From Pseudobdellovibrionaceae bacterium (GTDB taxonomy: Bacteria; Bdellovibrionota; Bdellovibrionia; Bdellovibrionales; Bdellovibrionaceae), in assembly GCA_041288045.1 (NCBI GenBank), contig JBGGMM010000086.1, forward strand, positions 1 through 14,669: a stretch of 14,669 bases of DNA, given 5' to 3'. Below are positions 1 to 7,625 of this stretch, piece after piece (positions within the stretch are counted from its first letter, which is position 1; every line of letters starts with the position of its first letter). The notes beneath the pieces are model-generated. The model had not been told where the DNA came from. It worked only from the letters and a program-made list of their open reading frames with translations, and made no database searches. A program made the position numbers and the translations under genes.

Positions 1-453
1 TTCGTTCCGGCACTCACCGGATTAGGGGCTCCTCATTGGCGTGCGGACGCCAGAGGAGTAATCACTGGCCTCACGCGTGGATCGACGAAAGCGCATCTGG
101 CAAGAGCGACCCTAGAAGCGATGGCACTTCAAAACACTGAAATTCTTCTCGCCATGGAAAAAGATCTCGGAAAAAAACTCAAAGGCCTTCGTGTCGACGG
201 GGGCGCAGCCATCAACAATCTACTGATGCAAATGCAAGCTGATTACATGGGAGCTTCGGTGACAAGACCCAAGCAAATCGAAACAACCTCCATTGGTGCC
301 GCTTACCTAGCAGGACTTGGAGTGGGCTATTGGTCTTCATTAGAAGAAATCAAAAGAATTTGGATGGTGGATCAAGAATTCAAATCCCACATGGCGAGTA
401 AGTCCCGCAAAGCGAGACTTGAAAGCTGGCAAAAGGCTGTTAAGAAAGCTTAG
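1..453 (+). CDS. glpK: Glycerol kinase, C-terminal part (5' end lies outside the window)
   Basis: Frame 1 is open from base 1 and reads FVPALTGLGAPHWRADARGVITGLTRGSTKAHLARATLEAMALQ...LRVDGGAAINNLLMQMQAD...ETTSIGAAYLAGLGVGYW. These are hallmark motifs of the FGGY/glycerol kinase C-terminal domain. Stop TAG at 451-453. Confidence 0.95.
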   Translation, partial: FVPALTGLGAPHWRADARGVITGLTRGSTKAHLARATLEAMALQNTEILLAMEKDLGKKLKGLRVDGGAAINNLLMQMQADYMGASVTRPKQIETTSIGAAYLAGLGVGYWSSLEEIKRIWMVDQEFKSHMASKSRKARLESWQKAVKKA

Positions 454-455
454 GA

Positions 456-2696
456 TTATTTAGAGCCGGGCTTGCTGTTGGCTTTTTCCTTCAGTTTATA
501 CTTATACAGATTCGACTTGCGATAAAAGTCATGAAGGGCACACATCCGGGTTGGGATATTAGTTTTGACCAAGTCGTCAAATTTCAGTTCATTGCCTGGT
601 TGATCGTACTGATCTCTTCTCACGGTGCCTTTGCAGTAATCATTGAGATTAAGATCTTCCAATTTCGGTGCCGCCGGTATAGCAAGAGACTGCATGCAAA
701 GCAGAGTCAGTTGACTATCGCCGCCTTCGATTTTCTGTTCTTTTCTTTTTTTCAACTGTTCAAAACGATTTTTCAAATTTTCACTGAAAGCCCCAGCAAG
801 ACCGGTGATATTGGCCTCGCTTTGCTCTTTGGCGTTGTTGATTTTATCAAAAACAGGATCCAAATCTCCAAATGCTTTTAGCAATCCAGCAATATTACCA
901 GTATTCGGAAGCTGCATCAAATTCGCCAAAGTTTCATCCATTTCACCCTTTGAAACTTTGTAGTCAATGTCTTGCTGAACAATCAACGAAATCGAATTTG
1001 GGATATAGGCCTTGTCGCTGCGGGGATTCAGTTGCTGACCAATTTTTGTGACAATCTCAGCTGCTTTTTCTTCGTCCGTTGTCGCTTTCTGACTGATCAG
1101 ACCTATCACAGTCCGCAAAGATTTCTGAGTGTTTTCAATCAATGCTCTAGGGTGTTCTTTGCTGGCAATTGAATTAGGATCATTGAGAAGAGAAGCCAGA
1201 TAGGCATCCGCATTGATCAAATAATCTTTTGCCGTTCGGCCACCAACTTCGGAATCCAAAGAAGCGAGCAATTGCACATAGCTTGTTTGTTGAACTCGAG
1301 CCAAAGCCGTACTCACTGAATCCGAAGCTTCATTAAAAATCAAAGTCATTGTTGGTCTTAAGCTGGCCATGTCAGCTATCGTAAATGGGGGCTTGAGAAG
1401 CGGATTGAGTTTATCGACGTACTGTTGGCAAGTCATGTTTGAATTACCTGCTAATTCGGGTCTCTTTTTTCTCTCTCCTCCGCGGGTATAGATAAATATC
1501 AAAGGCCCGCACTCTGGCTCTTCAATAAATGACTCGCCGAATGGGCCCCCTAGTTTTAAACAAGTTCCTGGCATGTTGGAGCTCATGCACTCAGGTTTTA
1601 TCAATTTAGAAAAATCATCGACAATGGATTTGAATTTAATTTCCTTGTTCTTAGCATCCTTAATATCCTGATCCATAGTTTGAAGAAGCTTATTTTTAGA
1701 TGCAGTGGCCGAATCTAGCAGGAATCTATCGCGGAGTGGAATCTGCAAATTAGTCACCTCTCCATCCGAAGACTTGGGACTTCCAGCTTGGATTTTTGTG
1801 GCGAATTCATTGTAGGCGGGAGAATCTTGAGCAATCACGCTCAAGCCTTTTTTCCACGTCGGTTCGGCGCCTGTTTGTTGGATTGCCTCTTTGTTGGCTG
1901 TTGCGAGGATCTGAAAATCTCGAGCTTCACAGTAGGTGCGCGCAACGCCTTCAAAAGCGCAACCCAGAGCTTGGCCAAGGCCGACGTCGACAATTTTTTT
2001 TATGTCTTTGCTCAAGTTCTTGTTGCGGACAAAGCGAATCAAATGGTCAATAAGCCGGCTGGCAGAAAGGATCAAGCTGGGCGCGATCCCAGAACCCAAA
2101 TGCGCGGTTAATCCTAAAACTTGAGCACCGACTTGGGCTGTTGTTTCGGGCCGGTTGGTCAAGCACTTTTCACCCTGTTCAAGATTAAGAATCAGAGTGT
2201 TTGTGTATTTGTCCAGACTTTGGATGCCTTCGAGGCGGCTTTTTTTATTGATTGTTTTTTGGCCTTCAGCCAATTTTGCCATTTCAACCCGTGTACTGAT
2301 CATTTCTTTTTTCAAAGCGTCGATATATTCATTATCAGCTTCTGACCCTTTCTTTCTTTCCTGGGCAATTGCCAAATCTAGTTGGCCAGCGCTTGCTGTC
2401 AGTTCTTCAAGGGTGACCTTCGCTTCTGGGCCGGCAAGCATTTTTGTGACTGAGAGATTTGAGATCTGCGAAAGAGTGGTTTTCAGTCCATTGCAGAAAG
2501 GATCCTCAGCAATGCTGCCAATCACGTCGTTGATTGATTTAGCGTCGCTTTGGGCAGCTTCATTTTCTTTCCCTATTGAACTGCATCGTCCGGCGAAAGC
2601 CAAATTCAAATCAGCTGTCGGGTCATAAGTAGAGTCTGCGTGGGCTTCCATGCAAGCTAAAAAGATCAAAAGAGAAAAATGAAGTTTCATTTTCAT
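456..2696 (-). CDS. Large secreted hypothetical protein (746 aa), Cys-rich, probably mainly alpha-helical
   Basis: Long ORF with a Sec-type signal peptide (MKMKLHFSLLIFLACMEAHA/D, AxA site). GAGGT Shine-Dalgarno lies 5 nt upstream of the ATG, which overlaps the upstream stop (ATGA). The mature chain has 12 Cys. No recognisable enzyme motif. Confidence 0.85.
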   Translation of the reverse strand: MKMKLHFSLLIFLACMEAHADSTYDPTADLNLAFAGRCSSIGKENEAAQSDAKSINDVIGSIAEDPFCNGLKTTLSQISNLSVTKMLAGPEAKVTLEELTASAGQLDLAIAQERKKGSEADNEYIDALKKEMISTRVEMAKLAEGQKTINKKSRLEGIQSLDKYTNTLILNLEQGEKCLTNRPETTAQVGAQVLGLTAHLGSGIAPSLILSASRLIDHLIRFVRNKNLSKDIKKIVDVGLGQALGCAFEGVARTYCEARDFQILATANKEAIQQTGAEPTWKKGLSVIAQDSPAYNEFATKIQAGSPKSSDGEVTNLQIPLRDRFLLDSATASKNKLLQTMDQDIKDAKNKEIKFKSIVDDFSKLIKPECMSSNMPGTCLKLGGPFGESFIEEPECGPLIFIYTRGGERKKRPELAGNSNMTCQQYVDKLNPLLKPPFTIADMASLRPTMTLIFNEASDSVSTALARVQQTSYVQLLASLDSEVGGRTAKDYLINADAYLASLLNDPNSIASKEHPRALIENTQKSLRTVIGLISQKATTDEEKAAEIVTKIGQQLNPRSDKAYIPNSISLIVQQDIDYKVSKGEMDETLANLMQLPNTGNIAGLLKAFGDLDPVFDKINNAKEQSEANITGLAGAFSENLKNRFEQLKKRKEQKIEGGDSQLTLLCMQSLAIPAAPKLEDLNLNDYCKGTVRRDQYDQPGNELKFDDLVKTNIPTRMCALHDFYRKSNLYKYKLKEKANSKPGSK

Positions 2697-3205
2697 TTTT
2701 GACCTCGCTTGTTTTTTGAGGCGGGAAGGCGGCTTGTTGCTTTGTAATCAAAGAGCTGGGCGAATTTTTGCAGCTTCTCGCGGTTTTTGCCAGTTGAAAT
2801 TCGAACTACGACCAGATCTGATTTTTCATTCCAGAATAAATTTTCAATCACTAGGAAATCGTGATTTTCGTTGATCATTCTTTCACAGTGAAAATGAACT
2901 CGACCTTTTCTTTCACAGCCCTTATCTTCGAGCTGCTTGTCCGTGGCTGGCTTTCTTTTGGATTGATTCTTCCATTCTTGTTGGACTGAAAATGAATTGG
3001 CAAATGTCGGCGGTTTGGCCCGAAGCACGGTCACTTGAAATCTTTCGGACTGCCAATTGGTTTCCGCTCTCCAGGCGTTCAGCGAGGGCAAATAAAGCCA
3101 TTTGATTTCTTTGATACGGGGATTGATTTCAAATGTAGGACTAAGAGACAAAGGTTGAGCGGCAGCCGATACCGAAACAAGCAGAAGCAGCAAAATTTTT
3201 CTCAT
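2693..3205 (-). CDS. Small secreted hypothetical protein (170 aa)
   Basis: Clear signal peptide MRKILLLLLVSVSAAA/QP, a Cys pair (GCERKGRVHFHC) and a C-terminal RLPAS motif. It starts 9 bp after the upstream gene and overlaps the downstream gene by 4 bp. Confidence 0.85.
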   Translation of the reverse strand: MRKILLLLLVSVSAAAQPLSLSPTFEINPRIKEIKWLYLPSLNAWRAETNWQSERFQVTVLRAKPPTFANSFSVQQEWKNQSKRKPATDKQLEDKGCERKGRVHFHCERMINENHDFLVIENLFWNEKSDLVVVRISTGKNREKLQKFAQLFDYKATSRLPASKNKRGQK

Positions 3206-3214
3206 AGGCTCACT

Positions 3215-3601
3215 TTATTTTGGCAAGAATTGAGGAAGATCTTTTAGTTTCTCATTCATGGATTTCAAGCGCTTCGAGAAGGATTTAAGCATGGAGCTGG
3301 CCCAGATCGGAAGTTCCTCGAGCAATTGATGATATCCGGCCTCTGAGATTTTGACCAGAGTGCACTCGGTGACAGCTTGAGCAGAAGCGGAACGAGGCTT
3401 CTTATCTAAGAGCGCAAATTCACCGAAGGATTCCCCAGCTTCTACCGTGATAATGTCAATTCGATGACCGGATTTGTTCTTGGTAAAAATATTCACTTGT
3501 CCAGATTCAACGATGTAAAAGTGAAAATCAATGTCACCTTCGAAAAAAATGTAATCACCCGGTTGATATGTTTCTTTGAGGACTTCGGCCGATTCTTCCA
3601 T
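3215..3601 (-). CDS. Stand-alone cyclic nucleotide-binding domain protein (Crp/Fnr-type CNBD, no HTH)
   Basis: YQPGDYIFFEGD...FYIVESGQVNI...GESFGEFALLDKKPRSASAQAVTECTL contains an intact phosphate-binding cassette (GE...PRSA). The protein ends after the C-helix at 128 aa. Confidence 0.92.
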   Translation of the reverse strand: MEESAEVLKETYQPGDYIFFEGDIDFHFYIVESGQVNIFTKNKSGHRIDIITVEAGESFGEFALLDKKPRSASAQAVTECTLVKISEAGYHQLLEELPIWASSMLKSFSKRLKSMNEKLKDLPQFLPK

Positions 3602-3685
3602 GTCTCTGATTTTGATAAAAAAAATGTGGACTCAATAGGTCTGGCGTCCTCAATCTGGACTTTTGATAGAAAGAATTTACCTAAT

Positions 3686-5101
3686 TTAAGGTTTCGCCGT
3701 GTGAATCAGCTTGGAAAGCTCTTTGATGTTTCGAATCCAACTAATGCGTTTTCCTTTACCCAGCTGAAAGTCCGTCAAGTGTTTTTTATTTGATGCCGGA
3801 ACGATGAAATGCTCAAAACCCAGTTTGTCGGCTTCTCTCACTCTTTGCTCGGCAAAAGAAACAGCGCGAACTTCGCCAGTCAAACCGATCTCTCCAAAGA
3901 AAACGGCTTTCGCTTCAATCTCTCTGCGACTTTCCGTTGAAAGAAGGGCAGCAGCGACTGCCAAATCAGAAGAGGGTTCGTTGAGCCGAAGGCCGCCAAC
4001 CACATTGATAAAAATATCCGAGTGATTGAGTTTCATTTCAAGGTGCCGATCCAAAACGGCGCTGAGAAGATGCAAGCGATTGGTATCAATTCCAATGGAA
4101 GTGCGACGTGGATTTGCCATTTGAGAGCCCAATGTGAGAGCTTGCACTTCGCAAAGCAAAGGTCTTGAGCCCTCCATGGAAGCGAAAACAGCAGAGCCAA
4201 TTAAACTCTCTCCACGCTCTTCCAAAAAAAGCTCGGAAGGGTTGGTGACTTCTTCGAGGCCGACTCCCCCCATCTGAAAAACTCCCAATTCATGAGTGGG
4301 ACCGAAGCGGTTTTTCAAAGATCTCAAAAGGCGAAAGTTATGGGACAGATCGCCTTCAAATGACAAGACACAATCCACCATGTGTTCGAGCACTTTAGGG
4401 CCTGCGATATTGCCCTCTTTGGTGACGTGGCCAATGAGAATCACAGTCATTCCATCTGTTTTCGCCAGTCCCATCAAGTGACCGGCACATTCACGAACCT
4501 GAGAAACAGATCCAGGTGCGGCTTCTAGTTCGGGGAGAAAAATAGTCTGGATGGAATCGATGATCACCACATCCGGGTGCTTGTCCCGGGCCAAATCCAT
4601 GATCAACTGCAGATTGGATTCACTGGCCACTTCGACATACGAGCTGCGGATTCCCAGTCGCTGGGCCCTTGAGCCAGTCTGCCCAACACTCTCTTCTCCG
4701 GAAATATAAAGAACTCGAGCCTGATGTTTGGCAAGTCCTCCGGCCATTTGCATGAGCAAAGTGCTTTTGCCAATGCCAGGAGAGCCGCCGAGCAAAACGT
4801 AACTTCCATGAACCAGGCCGCCGCCGAGGACTCGATCCAATTCGACATAGCCAGTATTCAATCGCTTGAATTCGATACTCTCAATACTTTGGTCCAGGGC
4901 GATTGGTTTGATTGAAGATCCAACTCCGGATTTTCGCTGCTCTTTGCCTGTGTTCCAGCCTCTTGTCACTGGTTCCGCAGAAAAAGTTTCCTCGACGTAA
5001 GAGTTCCAAGCTCCACAATCGTTACAACGTCCTTCCCAACGAGACCTTTGGGCTCCACAATTTTGACAAACATAAATCGTTTTGCTCTTCGACTTTGCCA
5101 T
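3686..5101 (-). CDS. radA: DNA repair protein RadA/Sms
   Basis: C4 zinc finger (CQNCG...WEGRCNDCGAWNS), Walker A GGSPGIGKST, Walker B IIDSIQT, KNRFG motif and Lon-like C-terminus (GEIGLTGEVRAV). The start is placed at ATG 5101 (MAKSKSKTIYVC) rather than 5161, which would overlap slt. Confidence 0.97.
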   Translation of the reverse strand: MAKSKSKTIYVCQNCGAQRSRWEGRCNDCGAWNSYVEETFSAEPVTRGWNTGKEQRKSGVGSSIKPIALDQSIESIEFKRLNTGYVELDRVLGGGLVHGSYVLLGGSPGIGKSTLLMQMAGGLAKHQARVLYISGEESVGQTGSRAQRLGIRSSYVEVASESNLQLIMDLARDKHPDVVIIDSIQTIFLPELEAAPGSVSQVRECAGHLMGLAKTDGMTVILIGHVTKEGNIAGPKVLEHMVDCVLSFEGDLSHNFRLLRSLKNRFGPTHELGVFQMGGVGLEEVTNPSELFLEERGESLIGSAVFASMEGSRPLLCEVQALTLGSQMANPRRTSIGIDTNRLHLLSAVLDRHLEMKLNHSDIFINVVGGLRLNEPSSDLAVAAALLSTESRREIEAKAVFFGEIGLTGEVRAVSFAEQRVREADKLGFEHFIVPASNKKHLTDFQLGKGKRISWIRNIKELSKLIHTAKP

Positions 5102-5116
5102 ATCTTTCGCTATCAT
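5089..5116 (+). promoter_or_regulatory. Putative sigma70-like promoter for the slt-oppBC operon (TCGACT-N16-TATCAT)
   Basis: TCGACT at 5089-5094 and TATCAT at 5111-5116, 10 nt upstream of ATG 5127. The same motif with the same spacing precedes the gene starting at 11437. Confidence 0.55.
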
Positions 5117-5126
5117 GAGGAATCCC

Positions 5127-7625
5127 ATGAGACAAATAAATATGAAAAAGATCTTTCTCAAATTTTTTCTGTTTTGCTTCCTGTTGAATTCGGCTCAGCC
5201 CTCAAGCTCTTTGGCGCAGTCGGACTTCTTGACGAAATTCCGTCAGATCCGCGAAGCCTTTCAATCGACGAAAAAAGAGGATCAAGAGAGACGGTTTTCG
5301 GACATCGATCAGGAAATCTCAAAGGCCAAGGATGCAGAGGAAAAAAAGCTCTTGCTGATGGCAAAGGCTCTTTTGGCACTAGATTTGGGAAAGACGGAAC
5401 TGGCTCAAAGTGTTTTTCAAGATCTTCTCAAAGAGAAAAATAATCTGCACGAATACGTTCATTACTACTATGGACGACTGCTCACTCAGTCGAAGCTCTA
5501 TCATGAAGCCAAAGTTCAATATGAAAAGATATTGGAGCTGTCACCCAACACCAAACTGCAAATTGAAGCGCAGTTTCAGTTGGCGCAGATTTCTCTTGAA
5601 GAAAAAAACCACAAGGAAGCCAAACGCCTTCTTTCCAAGCTGGAGCGCCGACAACGGCGAGAAGAAGGATATCCCGAAACCATTTATGCTCTGGCACGGG
5701 CCGAGCGTGGATTGGGAGCGCGGGGGCCTTTTTGCCGATGGGTTAAAAAACTGTACACTCATTACCCGCAGTATGATCGCTTGAACAAATGGGGACCGAA
5801 TCTGGCAACTGACGAATTTGAAGGCCAGCCAACGGGTTGCCCAGTCACTCATGAAGATCGAAGAACCCGAATCAAAAGTCTTCAGTGGGCGAATTTCAGC
5901 GATAAAGCTTTTTCAGAAATCCAAACTCTACGAGCCCAGTCAGGGCCTCAGGCGAAATTTGATCTGGATCGCCTCGAAGTTGGTTATTGGCTGCATGAAG
6001 GGGAAGTGAAAAGAGCATTAGAGATGCTACTCCCATATCATGAACAGAAAAAGACAGATACCAATTATTTAAATCTCTTAGCTTTGACATCGGCTCGGGT
6101 GGGTGAGTATCAGGCGGCTGTTGGTTCTTATTATTCTGTCTATAAGCTTTCCCCTCGAGGAAAATATGGAAAACAGGCACTGTATCAAGCCGCTTTCATG
6201 AGTTATCAATTTCAGGATTACGACGGGGCCGCACGCAAATTCAATGAGTTCATGAAAGTCTTCCCCAATTCAGGGCTGTCGCGCGATGCTCGCTGGCACT
6301 TGGCTTGGATTCGCTACTTGCGAGGGGATTATGCCGGCGCCCACTCGAGTTTCTCAGCATTGATGAAAGAGTCCAAATCCCGGCGTCGTGGTTGGAAGTC
6401 GTTCCCAAAAGATCGTGTGACCTATTGGATGGCCATGAGTCTTTACCGAATGGAAAAGTATGACCAGGCAAAGCCGCTTTTTGAAACTCTCACCAAAGAT
6501 CAACTGGTCAGCTACTATTCAATCGCCGCATCTTTCCGTCTGAAAAAACTAGCGCAGTTGGCTCCAGCGATCAATCGCGCTTCTTTTTCCGAGGCAGGAC
6601 GCAGAATCACTCGCTTCACAGCGATGGAATCGATCATTCCACCAGAAGAGCAGCCAATTCCGGGAGAAGAAAATGAAACTGAAGAGAGCTTAGCTGCGAA
6701 AGCGGCAGCGCCCGAAGAAGAGGAAGCTCCAGCCGAAGTGGCGGCACCGCCGACGGACGGGGTGGTGACTGTCAATGAAGATGAAGCACCGGCAGAAGGG
6801 ATTGACGAAAGCAAACCTTCGTTTGCCAATCCTGCCTTGGTCCAGCGCTTTGAGCGAGCTCGTGATTTGATGATTCTTGGATTGAATGACTGGGCCAAAT
6901 GGGATCTTTTTGATATCGAAAAAAAGACCAGCAACAAAGACTATTTGAAAAACCTGATGCAAGAGTATCAGACTGTTGAAAATTATCATCGATCCTCTTA
7001 CATCGCCCAAGTTCATTTTGGCGGTCAGAGAGCTCTGCATGGTCTTGATGGAGTTCGCTACCTTTGGGAATTTGCTTATCCCAAAGCTTACTCTCAGTTG
7101 GTGAGCAAGTATTCAAAGGAAATGGACATTCCTGCAGAGCTGATCTGGGGAATTATGCGGGCAGAAAGCACTTATAAAAAAGATGTCATTTCTCCTGTCG
7201 GCGCTTTAGGCCTCATGCAAGTTATGCCAGGCACTGGGATTAAAATTGCGCAAATGATGAAGGAAAAAGATTTTCAACCCAAGCTGTTGTTGGAGCCGGA
7301 AACAGCCGTGAAAATCGGATCTCGGTATTTGCAGAGACTGGATAAAAAATTTGAGGATCATATTCCTTTGGTGGCAGCCGCTTACAATGCAGGGCCACAC
7401 CGAGTGGAGAACTGGCTGGCAAATTTTGGAACTTTGGATATGGATGAATTCGTCGAGCACATTCCATTTTTAGAAACTAGAAATTACGTCAAAAAAGTAG
7501 TTTCCAATTTTCAAATCTACAATTTGCTTTATGGAAGCAAAAAGGACAGTTTGGCTTATCTCAGTGAGGCTTTGAAGGTCCGTGTGACCAAAGTGGCCAG
7601 CAAAGAGACATGGGAAGACTTATAA
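5127..7625 (+). CDS. slt: TPR-repeat soluble lytic murein transglycosylase (Slt70-like, GH23)
   Basis: Signal peptide (MKKIFLKFFLFCFLLNSAQPSSSLA), TPR-like repeats and SLT motifs IMRAES (catalytic Glu), GALGLMQVMP, AAAYNAGPHRV and ETRNYVKKV. Start is ATG 5127 (GAGG 6 nt upstream) or ATG 5142. Confidence 0.93.
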   Translation: MRQINMKKIFLKFFLFCFLLNSAQPSSSLAQSDFLTKFRQIREAFQSTKKEDQERRFSDIDQEISKAKDAEEKKLLLMAKALLALDLGKTELAQSVFQDLLKEKNNLHEYVHYYYGRLLTQSKLYHEAKVQYEKILELSPNTKLQIEAQFQLAQISLEEKNHKEAKRLLSKLERRQRREEGYPETIYALARAERGLGARGPFCRWVKKLYTHYPQYDRLNKWGPNLATDEFEGQPTGCPVTHEDRRTRIKSLQWANFSDKAFSEIQTLRAQSGPQAKFDLDRLEVGYWLHEGEVKRALEMLLPYHEQKKTDTNYLNLLALTSARVGEYQAAVGSYYSVYKLSPRGKYGKQALYQAAFMSYQFQDYDGAARKFNEFMKVFPNSGLSRDARWHLAWIRYLRGDYAGAHSSFSALMKESKSRRRGWKSFPKDRVTYWMAMSLYRMEKYDQAKPLFETLTKDQLVSYYSIAASFRLKKLAQLAPAINRASFSEAGRRITRFTAMESIIPPEEQPIPGEENETEESLAAKAAAPEEEEAPAEVAAPPTDGVVTVNEDEAPAEGIDESKPSFANPALVQRFERARDLMILGLNDWAKWDLFDIEKKTSNKDYLKNLMQEYQTVENYHRSSYIAQVHFGGQRALHGLDGVRYLWEFAYPKAYSQLVSKYSKEMDIPAELIWGIMRAESTYKKDVISPVGALGLMQVMPGTGIKIAQMMKEKDFQPKLLLEPETAVKIGSRYLQRLDKKFEDHIPLVAAAYNAGPHRVENWLANFGTLDMDEFVEHIPFLETRNYVKKVVSNFQIYNLLYGSKKDSLAYLSEALKVRVTKVASKETWEDL

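Noticed and set aside
531..2628. Multiple short plus-strand ORFs opposite the 746-aa gene (and similar shadows opposite radA, slt, oppBC, ychF and pth)
   Set aside because: These are antisense or alternate-frame shadows of supported genes, with no recognisable motifs.
5082..5161. Longest-ORF starts for radA (5161) and slt (5082), implying head-to-head overlap
   Set aside because: The extensions precede the conserved RadA zinc finger and the Slt signal peptide. Internal ATGs at 5101 and 5127/5142 remove the overlap.
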